Below the pieces are notes generated by a model. That model worked only from the letters and a program-made list of their open reading frames with translations. It was not told where the DNA came from and did no database searches. Position numbers and translations under genes: made by a program. Positions 14,501-34,540 of a stretch of 64,000 nucleotides of DNA are shown piece by piece (position 1 is the first letter of the stretch; every line of letters begins with the position of its first letter). The DNA is from Chrysomallon squamiferum (lineage: Eukaryota; Animalia; Mollusca), in assembly GCA_012295275.1 (NCBI GenBank), contig CM022679.1:2356001-2420000 (forward strand), read 5' to 3'.

Positions 14501-16963
14501 TTTTTTTATATAAGCAGCCAAACATTACACAATGTTCTTGATAAATATTATATCTTGATAAACACTGTAACAACATTTTTTTATTTAAGGAACCAGATAT
14601 TAGATAACAGTCTTGACAAAAACTAGTATGAAAAGTTTTTATTTGAGGAACCAAGCATGTCAAACTGTGTACATTGTTGTTTCAGCATGTTCTATGAAAG
14701 ATCTGAATGAAATGCGTGAGCGACTGACTGGCTGGTTCCGACTACTTCACGCCGTTGACCACCACAGACATCCCAGTCGGCGTCTCAAACACCATCACAA
14801 ACACTTGTCAGTGAAGAAAGAACTTCGTCATCAACATCATCACGGTGAAAATTATTTTTAAAAAGAAATTAGTAAATTGATTTTAATTACATGAAGAGAT
14901 GGTACACGTAAACTTCAGAGTTTTACATTGTTGACTAATTTTTCTCTTTAGTGTAACTTTTAATAACATTTTGATAATTACTGTTTTTATTTTATTTTAT
15001 TTCTAGGAAATATTTATATGAAGCAGAATATCTAAATCACATTTTAAAAATTTCATATGTATATGTATGTACATTAAAATGATTTTATATAGATAAAACA
15101 AGCAACATACTACTGGTATAAAATATGTTGATAATTATTACGTTTTATCTTTAATGCTGTTTTATTTTGTTTCTATTTTATTTATTTTGTTTAAAATAAT
15201 GGAAATATTTGATTAAAGCTTCAGTATGCAAATAATAAAAAAATTATTTTATTCATTTATTTTTTATTATTATATCTGTTTTGCTTTTATTTATTTATTT
15301 ATTTATTTGTTTATTTATTATTTATTATTTATTATTATTATTATTACTACTGTTTTTATTATTATTGTTATTGTTTTTGTTATATTTTGGAGTGCTATTT
15401 TTTGTTATTGTTACTGACTAAAGGTTTCTTTATACTTTTTATAATTATATAAAGAACTAATTTATTTCTGACTGCAGAAGGCAAGTGTAAATGTCTCAAG
15501 TCAGTGATGTGGGAAATGCACCATCTCGACACTAACAAAGATCACCATCTCAGTCAGCACGAACTCGCAGTCATTGAGAACAACGGCAGAGAGCCATGTC
15601 TGAAACCCTTCCTCCTCACCTGCGACCACAACCACGACAACAAGCTGTCGCGTAATGAATGGTGCTGTTGTTATGCAGAAGTTTGTGAGTTGATGTTAAC
15701 TAACACAGAAATTTGTAATAAGACGAATAAAGATGAATTTTGTATTTAAGATATAAAAAAGTTGAAGTAGTGGTATTTCAGACTAGTCTTTTGAGATTTT
15801 TTTAAATACTTACATGAAGAAAGAGAATAAGAATATTGTTTTTTTTTTTTTTTGCCAGTTAGTGAGAACATAATACGTCGTTTTTTGTGTCTATCACCCT
15901 CCTTTTTCTCTTACATTTCTTCTCTTTCTCTTTCCTTCCTTCTTTCTCTTTTGTTAGTTTTTAACTGATTAATTTATTTAATTTAAGAAAAGGATAGAAA
16001 AAATGTTTTTTATGAGAATTTAAAGATGTTTTAAAGATGCTGATCTAGCAATGAAAAATAATTTTTATTACAGTGCCACCATGTTTTCAGAAGATGAGAG
16101 AAGTTCAGTTGTTACTGAAAACAAACTCAGGTAAATTCAGTTACTCATTCCTTATCAATGGGGACAAAAAAAAACACATTTATATTGTACAAGTTACTGT
16201 GTTAACAAATCACAAACATTTATTTTTAAAAAATAAAAAATTAAATTAAATAAATAAAAATTAAATAAACAAACAAACAAACAAATAAAGGAGTGATTCT
16301 AATAAGTTTATGAAATTATAATGAGAGATGCTAATATTTGTTCTGTATTTTGTTTAAAACTAGAAATTTGCTGAACACTGACATGAAGTAAATAATAAAA
16401 ATAGTTTTTTAAAAATATATTTGACGAGGATGTTCATTTTGATGTGTGTTTTCAGATGTGGTGGTTCCTCGGTGTGACAAGGAGGGGTACTTTGAGAAGG
16501 AACAGTGTTCAGGTGATTCATTTGACACCAGGGTCTGTTGGTGTGTTGATCTGAATGGAAATGAGATTCCTAACACCAAAGCCCGGGTTAAAGCCAACTG
16601 CAGTAAGTATCCACTTCATACTGGAATAAAATATTGTGGAAGTATATAATATATTTTATATTGCTATAAATAATAAATGTATATTGGAAGATTTTTTTCA
16701 ATCATTAGTTAACTGTTATTGTTATTATATTTATATAAGTTAATTTTAATCTAAAATTTATATTCCAAAAATGGTTTAAAGATTTAATCCTGTTTTCTGT
16801 AACTAATGACTGAGAGAACCTCTTTATCTAAAAAACATGTTTTAAATATAAAAGTAAATAATAATAAATAAGTAAATAGTTATTCAATCAAATTTTTTTA
16901 ATTTCTTTTTTATTTTTGGTTTTTCTAGGGAAGATTGATTTACTTGGACATAAGAAGAACTAA
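11547..16963 (+). CDS. Testican/SPOCK (Cow)-like secreted protein, 5'-partial, His-rich: follistatin-N-like motif, SPARC extracellular Ca-binding (EC) domain with two EF-hands, thyroglobulin type-1 domain
   Basis: Nine AG/GT-flanked, frame-consistent exons: 11547-11586, 12171-12267, 13397-13577, 14051-14108, 14686-14844, 15478-15684, 16074-16130, 16456-16602, 16929-16963(TAA) = 326 aa. Motifs: CKCAAHEIC..PICV (FOLN-like), C....L.EMRERLTGWFRLL (EC helix), EF loops DTNKDHHLSQHE and DHNHDNKLSRNEWCCC, TY domain PRCDKEGYF..EQC..CWCVD..G.EI..T. Signal-peptide exon not found in the window. Confidence 0.88.
12266..12450. repeat. Degenerate 35-48 bp repeat starting at the exon 12171-12267 donor
   Basis: gggtaaataccagc / ggtacataccagc / gggtaaacactagttgac / ggtaaaaactagctgac / gggaaagtactagttgac. 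Confidence 0.6.
12455..12845. repeat. 21-bp minisatellite (aatgtcagataaaataataag)
   Basis: About 18 copies, several near-perfect. Confidence 0.92.
14226..14665. repeat. About 58-bp minisatellite (tttttatttaaggaaccaaatattacatgtctttgttgat...)
   Basis: About 7 degenerate copies ending just before the acceptor at 14685. Confidence 0.8.
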
Positions 16964-19900
16964 ATGAAGACAAGAATTTCAAATTTACAACATCCAGATT
17001 CAGTCAGGAATCATTTTAAAAATATTACACATTTTGTTTATAAATAACATTTTTTAAATGATCTTCCAATGCAGTGTACAGAATGAGGTAGAATTACTTA
17101 GATTGTTGTTTTTTAATATTTTGATAAAACTGTAAAGAAAGAAAATGGTATTTCATATTTGCAGGGTTTCAACCAAAAATTAAAAGTAACTGTAATTGGG
17201 TAAAATATTCATCATATTTCTGCCATGTAAAGTGAAAGAAAACAAGTATGTTCGTTGAAATGTTAAAATGTGAAACATATATGAATGCATGGTTATGGTT
17301 AAGGATTTATTTGTTTTTGTTTCCACATTTTGTTTTGTAAATTTGAATCAAAATAATGTGTGAAATATGGTTGACAAAAAGAAAAGAAATTTAAAAATAT
17401 ATGAAAGATTTGAAATCTCAATTTATTTTGGGTACATAGTAGAATGTATAGATCTGTGCTTTTAAATTTGTTTCTCTTTATGTAGTTTCAATCATTTACC
17501 ATTCTGTTGGAAACCCTAATCTGATATATTTTATATGTGAAATTTTTTTATTTTAATTTTATTAATTTTTATTTGTGTTTCTGCTGTTACAGATTTGTAA
17601 CAAAATGAATGTGTGTTGTATAATGTTGTTACTTGTACAAATTCCAAGAACAAGGTTTACAATTGATTTACAATTTGTTTCTATTTCTAGACATCAAGAG
17701 AAAAACAAAATGATTGTAGACTGCTTTTTATGAAATAATTAACAGTAAATATATTTGTCTTTTCTTCTTTTTTTTTGGACAAAAAAATGTTTTAATCTTT
17801 TTATGCATTTTTTTAAGTATTATTATTAAAATTCTATGCAACGAATTTGATACCAATTGCAAAAGTACTTAAATTATCACAATTTACAGTCACTTTTTAA
17901 ATATAAATTAGTTTTTCATTGTTAGTTGTGTTTTTACAAATCAACAGATGAAACATTTAGTGTCATTTTAAACATGTCATAATATAAAATTAGAATATGG
18001 TTATCCAGCTGAAATAAAATTTGCATTATCATGTATTGATCAAGTTGTTACTGACAAACCAAAATTTACAAAACAAATATTTTCAGTGACAAAATTTATA
18101 GAAAAACTTTGCTTACAAGAATTACAAAAAACAACAATGTAAATCTTAATTTAATAAAAATTTGGTTCTGAAAAAATAACTTCCAGTCAGGTAAATGATA
18201 CTTAGGCTTTGTAGTAATGTTTTCAGTTGATCCTTTTTCTTTGGAGCTTTAAACAAAAAAATTATGATTTCAAATTGGTTTTTAAATCTATTAAGAATAT
18301 TTTAGATTTGAGAAAATCCTAGTAAAAGTTTAACAAGTTAAAGAGATAGATAGATATATTTCTACTGTAACATATTTCCTAATGCAACATGAATGTTTAT
18401 TATTTTTTTTTTTTTTCTTTTTTTAATATTTTTATTAAAGATTTAGACTGTACATTGTAGATCAAAACAATTATTAATATAACACAATTAATTCAAATTT
18501 ATTAAATAGTTTATGATTTTGTGAACAAAACAAAGATACAGATAATAGACTAACAGAAATGTAACAGAAACATGAGAAGTTATAAACACAACTACAAATT
18601 TGTTTCAATGTTTCTCACTTATTTGATATCCTGATGAAATGCTGCTTACTGTTTCTTGTTCTGAATTTAAGATTTTTGTCTAATATAAATATTCATGTAA
18701 AGTAGTGTGTTCACTATGAAACCTGTTACACTGACTTGTAACTGACTTGTTATTATAAAATTATAAAAAAAAAAAAATCTGTAGGTTTTGTAAAAAGATT
18801 TTAATATGTTTATTGTAATGCTGTAAATTAAACAATCATCATAAAGAAGGGAAAAAATTGTAAAGTAAGAGCTGTTTCCTTTCATCATTTAACAGTACAG
18901 AACAAAAGTAATCACTTTATTTTTATCCTGAACATTTCAAAATGTAATTACATTTCTATAGCTGACTTGGTTTTTCCATTCTCACTTTTATTTCATTATT
19001 TACTTATTTAATTTCTTTATAATTCCTTGGTGTTTACAAATTGGAACAACAAATTTCATAGTGAAAAGCTGCTGAATGTTTACTACTCCTAACTTGTGTA
19101 CTGATTTTATTTTGTGGTGATGTAATGTTTTATGAAAACAAGTGATTCCAGAAATATTTATATATTGTTACAAGCATTCCAAAATACTCTGTTTCTTTAG
19201 TTTTATTATTTTACTGTTATATATCATGGTAACATTGTGACATACAAATTTATCAGATCTTTATGATTAATAATTAATATGCTTTTGAAAAACCAAAATA
19301 AATATTCCTGTATGTATATTTATTTTTATTTCATTCCAAACTTGGTGCAGATGTCAGTATTTGAAAATTTCATGATTCACAAACATAGTTAATTCACTGA
19401 ATTCAAAATTGATTTATTACCCCATAATTTTATATTTTTAATGATTAATTATATTTGTGAATAATTTTGATCAATTCATTTTCAGTTAAAGTAGCTAAAA
19501 TTCTCATTTTTTAAATTAATTTTTCTTTTTCAGCTTTTTGTTTTAAAATCATTTTTCTTCCCAATAGTTCCAAAAGTATCATGGCATTCATTGACATGTC
19601 AGATACATTGCCTCACTGTAACACATCCCCGAAATAAATGTTAAATATTGCTTTGATAGAAAATATTATTTGGTGAAGGAAAGTTAATCATGATTATTGT
19701 GAGAATGTTTTATGTTCATCAAAAAAATGTAGTAATTTTTATGTCCAGTATGCAGCTTTTCTGTTTTTCACTGTAAAATTTGGAGAAATTTTTGTTTATG
19801 ATGCAGTTGGCATCATTTTAAAATAAACTGTTTCGTCTGGGGTTTTTTAATAATTAATTTACAAATGTATGGTATCTATTAACTGTTACTGCTGATTAAA

Positions 19901-20640
19901 CAAACCGTTTTAAATAGTTTCAGTTCAGCAGAATGCAGTTCAATATAAATAAAATACAATAATAAATAATATTAATAATAAATAGAAATGAAAATTATAG
20001 TGAAATACAGGTAAACTGTATGACAACAAATAATCTTCAAAATGTGGTGTTTGTTTGTTAAATTGCTATATTTCTAAATTATGTTGTACAGCCTCAATAA
20101 ATTTCCAAACATACTGAGCTCAATGTTTTCTAACATGCAGTGTTTTATTATGGCCGATTTTTTATTTTGTGCATTTATTTTTTTAAATCCAGACATTCCA
20201 GATAGTGAATTACACACATCTTTACATTTTGGTTGTGTTTATTTTATTGTGGATTTTTTGTTTCTATATTTAAATATCTTGAATTTACTTCAGTTTTATA
20301 TTATCTTGTTAAATAATTGTTTTACTTTTTTTTATTCTTCATTGTTTTGAAATTTTGTTGAAGTAAATGTAAAAATAACACATTTTCCCCATCTTGTTTA
20401 TTTCCAATTTGAGTTGTATTCATTTAGTCATCATACTGAAAAATGAATTTTGAATCTCTTATCCTACTACTAAAATGTAGGTTCTTATTCCTTAAAATGT
20501 TTGTCATCAGCAGTTTTATACATGTGTATATCAATATATGTAAGCTATGTATTTTAAATGTTTATTGCTATATGCAAATTAATTGCATTTAATGTTTTTT
20601 TTTTTATTCCAGTTCGCTTTTTCAGTGTTAATCTGCTGCC

Positions 20641-20656
20641 AATAAAATGTAATAAA
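20641..20656 (+). promoter_or_regulatory. Candidate distal polyadenylation signals of the testican-like gene (AATAAA x2)
   Basis: AATAAA at 20641 and 20651 followed by T-rich sequence, just before the convergent DDX5/17 3' end. Earlier AATAAA sites also exist. Confidence 0.35.
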
Positions 20657-20807
20657 TAACAAAATTGTTATACATTTTCATTTATTTATTAATGTTTCTA
20701 CATCTTTTATTGCTATTTGAACAACTGATAAAGATATATTTTTTATACTGAGAATTAAAATAGGGCATTTTCAAAGACAACACAAACACAGAAAGACTAT
20801 TTCACTA

Positions 20808-20813
20808 TTTATT
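20808..20813 (-). promoter_or_regulatory. Candidate polyadenylation signal of DDX5/17
   Basis: AATAAA on - strand about 270 nt after the stop codon, followed by GT/T-rich tgtgtttgtgttgtcttt. Confidence 0.45.
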
Positions 20814-21079
20814 TCTGTAATATTTACATAAAATACAATATTAAATAAAATGCACAATAGTATATAAATGAAATAAAAATAATGATGTTAAAAGAATGGC
20901 CTACTTTAAAGCCAAACATTTTGATGGGATGAAGACAACTAATCTAAACATGAAGCCAGTATCACCAAATGTTCATTACAAATCTGTGAAGCTGAATTTT
21001 TTTTATTATTTTTTTTATACAATTAGTCAACAGTTTATGACATGACAGACATCACACAGTGACCATCACTACTTATCAT

Positions 21080-28765
<7,686 letters not shown>

Positions 28766-28824
28766 TGTGCACTGTGTCTTCTCTAAAACTTTCTTACAAA
28801 TGTGGCTTCCACTTCTTCTAGCAC

Positions 28825-28895
28825 TTGCAAAATGGCGTATCGTCCTGCCCAAGACTAATAATGGTGACGTCATCAATAACCTTCCGCCGCCCTAT
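28825..28895 (-). promoter_or_regulatory. DDX5/17 proximal promoter / TSS region with YY1 and CRE motifs
   Basis: CGCCATTTT (YY1; 28829-28837 read on -), perfect CRE palindrome TGACGTCA 28865-28872, GC-box-like CCGCCGCCC about 28884-28892; locally CpG-rich, about 65-130 bp upstream of the ATG. Confidence 0.6.
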
Positions 28896-30119
28896 TTATT
28901 TGACTTTATTAGTTAGAGAAGTAATTACTGCAAACCTTTCGATAAAAAAAGAGAATAATAATAATAATTTAATGAAAAATCAAATATTTTGTAAATAACA
29001 AATAAAATATGATAAATCTTTAAAAATATGAAAACAAATAATAGGTGGGTTTTTTTCAGTAAGAAATTTCACCTCGACTTACTATTCAGTCGAAAAGTGT
29101 GTATATCGCAGCTGAGTAAAAATGCTAACTGATAACTAGTTCGATCTTGGAACAATTTTCTGATGCAACAATACACAGATTTTAGAAAATGATGGACAGA
29201 ACGAAAATAACAATTACCAACAAAATAAAGAATATGAAAAACAATATTTAAAATAAAATTAGATAAAGGAGAAACTAATTAAAATTATAAATCATGCTTT
29301 ACATGCGTGTTTGATTTATCCTGCATTCTATATAATATACTTCATTTCATCAAACCTTTAAATTTTGGTTTCAAAATAAAAATATAATTTCTTTTTGACT
29401 GGTTGAAATATCACCACAGATTATTTTGTGGATGATAAATAAATATAGTTACTCCAACAAGATATTCTAAAATACTGAACTGTGGTTTTAAAAATATTTC
29501 TTCAAATTTTTAAAATGAAATATTCAATATCTTAAACTTTATGTTATATTCGGAGTTACGAAATATATTTTAAAATGTATTGTGCGCTTAATGTTAGTTT
29601 TTAAACCTTATATAATTTTTAAAAGAAAATAATAATAATATTAATTATTCACAACCACAAGTGAAGAAAGAATTGCATGCTACTCCATTTCCAAAATACG
29701 CCCCTACACTAAATAAACCATAACAATTTAATCCCTTTCTTTTTAAGCAACCACGGTTACAACTACTATATCTGCTACTACATTCACTGCAATTACTGAT
29801 ACAACCACAGCTGCTAGTAATAATAATACTTCTGCCAATAATGATGATGATTCGACTATTCTTTCATAAATCGTTCCTTGTTCGTAACAATATATTAATA
29901 TGAATTTACAATGTACAAGCACGTGGGTTGTTTTAGCCGGCTGAAGGGCAATATAGTTCTCATGTAATATTCGATTTAACTATCATTGTTTAATTATATG
30001 AAGATTAAAAACAACAGAAATCATTTCATATATATTTTAGCTCCTTTTCTGTATGAAAGTAAGGTTTACAAAATCTTGATATAAAAAATACAATAATTTA
30101 TTTATATCCAGAAATATAT

Positions 30120-30230
30120 ATCACGTTCGTAGCTTGTAGCGAATGACGCACCAATGAGTTCTTACTTCCGGAAGGTGCAGTCGTATTCATTCGATCGAAC
30201 AGAAACTATCGGTTCTGTTCATAATGTTAG
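30120..30230 (+). promoter_or_regulatory. EXOSC5 promoter / likely non-coding first exon
   Basis: CpG-rich cluster with TGACGCA (30144-30150), CCAAT (30151-30155) and palindromic double ETS site CTTCCGGAAG (30165-30174); possible donor GTTAGT at about 30226. Confidence 0.55.
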
Positions 30231-31226
30231 TTAGCTGATTGTTTTGAGTTTAATTTTTGCGATCTCTGCACCTCTAAACTATGTAAAATATGTTTTTTGT
30301 TTTTTGTTTTTTGTTTTATATATATATATGTATATTGCTAATGATTATAACTTATATACAATAATACAGGAATTTCTGAATGTTGAACTTCAACATTAAC
30401 TTGCTTAAGACTCAAGTTTAATCATACTCTTTACTCGCTTTTGGCTAAGCCTAGGACTCGCAGGAGTAGGATACCTGTATACAGTATAGGCTAAGTTATT
30501 GACTTGTTAAAACAGAGCCCGAAATTATGTGTGTCTTGCTTAGTGCGAATATTGGTTGTTTTTAAGATGCATGTCAAAACATAAAATGCATTAACTTAAA
30601 ATTAGGCCTGTGTTTCATAATCATATATTGATATAAACTATAATCGTCATAATCATATAAATTATAATGAGTCACCACCATTTCATTACTGTCATAAATA
30701 TGGTTGATGAAGAAAGTAATGAATCAACAATTAAGAAATAATTAAAACTTGTAAAGTAAACAACTTAAACTGTATTTGATCAGAAAATAAAACTAATAAC
30801 AATGTGTACAAAGATACTTGTTCTTACCATTATAATGTTTAGAATTCGACAATAGTAATAAAACAGATTGTAGCTAATATTATTTCTACAAACTATTGGT
30901 TACAGTATATCATTGTTCTCATCTACAAACAAACACACATTTAACACCTCATGATAATTTAATTGGATGAAGCAGTTTTTGTTGTTAAAAGCATTTTCAG
31001 GACCATATATAACATTGAAGTTCTGTGTTTTTCACTGCATTGTTTGGTAAATGCTAAAATCATTTAATGTTAAAAATATATCTTCTGCTGACAAGTTTAA
31101 AAAATAAAAGCATATATGTTGTAAATATTTAATTTAAATATGACAGTATTAGACACCATTTGAAGGATTATTTTGATTTATGTATATGTAATACATCTGT
31201 TATTTATCATCCACTAGATTTCATAA

Positions 31227-31874
31227 ATGGGTGAACTTCGACCTATGACCTGTGACATGGGATGTCTGTCACGACCAGACGGCAGTGCTACACTCAACCA
31301 GGGTGACACTAGTGTAATGGCTGCTGTGTACGGCCCAACCGAAGTGAAAATGGCTAAAGAACTAATTGACAAATCTCATGTTGAGGTAGTCTACAAACAA
31401 AAATCAGGTCTACCGGGATGTGGAGAGAAGTTCAGAGAAAGTTTAATTCGCAGTACGTGTCAGACAGTCATACTGACAGCACTTCATCCTCGCACTGCAG
31501 TCAACTTAACCATCCAAGAGCTTCAGAGCTGCGGTTCGTTTCTTTCATGCTGCATCAATGCTGCGTGTCTGTGTCTTCTTGACTGCAGCATCAGCATGAG
31601 CAGCACAGTAGCTGCGGTCTGCACTGGAATTGACAGCAGTGGCAGCGTTATTGTTGACCCTACTGACAAAGAGGAAAAAGACTGCGTAACTTGTGTAACG
31701 TTCGTGTTTGAGAGCAAGAATAAAAATGTTGTTTCTGTGTCCATGGAGGGAAGCTGTGACAACAAACAGTTTAAAATGTGTCTGATGACTGCCCGCAATG
31801 CAGCAGACAAAATATTTAAATTTTACCGTGACTCGATGGAGAAAAAAATGTCAAAATCATTAGCATTTAAATAA
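31227..31874 (+). CDS. EXOSC5: Exosome complex component RRP46 (RNase PH fold), single coding exon, 215 aa
   Basis: ORF with LSRPDGSA, GDTSVMAAVYGP.EVK, KSGLPG..EK..E.LIR.TC, HPRT, GS.LSCCINAAC, DPT..EEK motifs typical of Rrp46. An AG acceptor ending at 31217 lies just before the ATG, suggesting a 5'UTR intron. Confidence 0.95.
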   Translation: MGELRPMTCDMGCLSRPDGSATLNQGDTSVMAAVYGPTEVKMAKELIDKSHVEVVYKQKSGLPGCGEKFRESLIRSTCQTVILTALHPRTAVNLTIQELQSCGSFLSCCINAACLCLLDCSISMSSTVAAVCTGIDSSGSVIVDPTDKEEKDCVTCVTFVFESKNKNVVSVSMEGSCDNKQFKMCLMTARNAADKIFKFYRDSMEKKMSKSLAFK

Positions 31875-32910
31875 AGTTGATTACTATGATTTCTTGTTGT
31901 TTTATAAGCATAATTTGTATTTCATGTCAAACAGTTTTTTGACATACGACATGTTTTGTTTCTTTTATAATAGTTTGTTTTTATTTTTAGTGTTTTGCAA
32001 AATTAATGTATATCAGATTATTTAATACTGTTACTTTTCATCAAAGAATATTAATTTGATTTTCTCATGATGATAGAATGGAACAGATCTGTTTGTTGTT
32101 CTAAATTCGTCAAGCTGACAAGGAGACTTCCATTCTGAGAAACTGATATGTAAAAGTGCATCACAGCAGTTATTGCCACATTTTTCTTTGATCAAGAGAC
32201 TTTTTATTTATTTACTTATTTATTTTTATTTATTTATTTTTTTGTTGAATTTAAAATAATTATTCTGTATCCTAATACAAATTAAATTCTTAGATGTTTT
32301 TTTGTGAGGAACAGCAGTCAATGCTTTGGTTTATTTTTTTTTTTTTTCGAACCCATGAGAAGGTTCATGCAGTTGATTCCTTTTTGCTAATGAGTAAATG
32401 TAGTGTGTGCTGTAGGGATAGCGTATTTCCTCTTTCAAATCTTTATCCAAAACCTTTGTTTGACACATAATAGTGATAACTGTTATTCCAAAATAGAGAT
32501 ATTCATTAATTTATTAGTTTATTATCTCTGTTCCAAGACTGTCTGATTCATGGGTGGGGTAACAGTTATCAATGAGAAACAACAAAAACAAAGACAATGA
32601 ACAATATTTGTATTATTACAACAATACATTTTTTAAATTAATTTCTTAAAAAATAAAATGCACAGGAAATGATTTTTTGCAAATAACATCTCAAAAATGT
32701 TCATTGCACAGTAATATACACGCACGTAAATAAAATCTAAAAGCAAGCACACAGCTGTTCATTTCTTACATTTACTGGTGTAAACATTTTAATACAAATG
32801 GAATGAATAATTTGAAAAGTAAGTTATAAAAGTTTAATTTAATATTAATTAAAGAAAAGAAAATGATAAGTAATTTTCATTTTTAGCTAGATTAATTTAG
32901 ATTTCATCTA

Positions 32911-32945
<35 letters not shown>

Positions 32946-33988
32946 AATAAAATCAATATAATAAAAAAGAAAAAAAGTATTTTGTTTCTAAATGATATTT
33001 ATACCATCCAAAGGTTTTTTTTTAATTTAGAAAATAATTTATAAATTATTTTAAATTTCGTATTGATAGTTTATTTATTTTACCCATTATTAAAAAAATT
33101 TCCAAATAGATTTACTGATTTAGAAAATAACTAATTTCAGTTTTAATGAAGAAATAATGATTTGATTAAAAATGAACACTACTATTTATAAATGAATGGT
33201 TAAAATGCATGAGTCAAGGATGTCAAATGCAGCCATTGTTGTTGTTTTTTTTCTTCTTTTTTTAATTTTAATTTTAATTTAATTTATTTTATTATTTTTA
33301 TTATTTCTAATAAATAATGCTTATACAAAAATGTATAATGAAAACGGTAAATGTTTTTTTTTTTTTTTTTTTACAAAATGATAAAATTTTAATCTTGGAG
33401 CATATAAAATAATCAGAATGAACTGTTATCTCACTTTAAATTTAGTACTACTTTAATTTGTGTTGTTACATTCTTGATAAACAACTCTAATCTTATTTTA
33501 ATTCACATACCTATACAAATTTCTCTGCATTATTTACTGTTTGCATCTACTTAAACAACTCCTTGGTTTCATATTCAGAGGTTATCAGACCTTTTTGAAC
33601 AAATAATCCAGACCAATTTCTTTTAATAAAAAATAGTGTAACAATGATAATAAGAGAGATTAACTAATGAAAACACATAAAACTTTATAAATAAAGTAAC
33701 ACCACATTGCAGAAAGCAGTAACATTTGGATGTAAAAATCAGCATTTGTTCATCTGCTTTATTAAGACTGAATTTACAAAACTAAAATCACATTTAGAGA
33801 CACAGGAAAGTGGAGATGCAGGTAACATTGGTTTCACCATAGTGCTGATGACTTATAAACAGTTTTTTTTATTACTAAAAAAAATAAATAAAGAATAAAA
33901 AAAATATATATATTAAAAAAAAAAAAAATAAAAATAAAAATAAAAATACAAAACCATACAGGAATTATGAAAAATTAATTATATTACT

Positions 33989-34022
<34 letters not shown>

Positions 34023-34490
34023 ATACAGGAACCATTGTGAAATTTGTGGATAATTGTAAAAAAATATTTATGTTGTTCAAAAAGGCTCACATCTGAACTG
34101 AATTGACTAAGGGTCAGTTCACAGTGATTTTCATCTCTCTAAAATATGAAAAAACCTATTTCCGGAATCCCAATTTAAACTTCTGTTGTGTGCTGGGTTT
34201 TTGTCAAATTCTGTATTCATTATACAGTGTTACTATCTACTTGTTTTCACACACATCCCAGTGTGTGCAAACTATCCCAGTCTGCAATGCACCATGGCCA
34301 TTTTGCCCCAGGTAGCAATTATCATGGCAAATGACATAGTAAAATAAAAATACCACACAAGTGGAAATCTGATGTACAAAATTTGGCACTTAGAATTTTT
34401 ATTCAAATGTGTGCTACAATTTGAAACTTTTATGCTTATGTAATGAGTGTTGACACTTTTGTGTGATGATAATAATAATAATAATAATAA

Positions 34491-34540
<50 letters not shown>

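Noticed and set aside
31523-31810. Antisense ORF within EXOSC5 (also antisense/shifted ORFs at 26235, 27189, 28100, 44351, 44414, 45280, 49601, 61183)
   Set aside because: Shadows of real coding exons with no independent signal.
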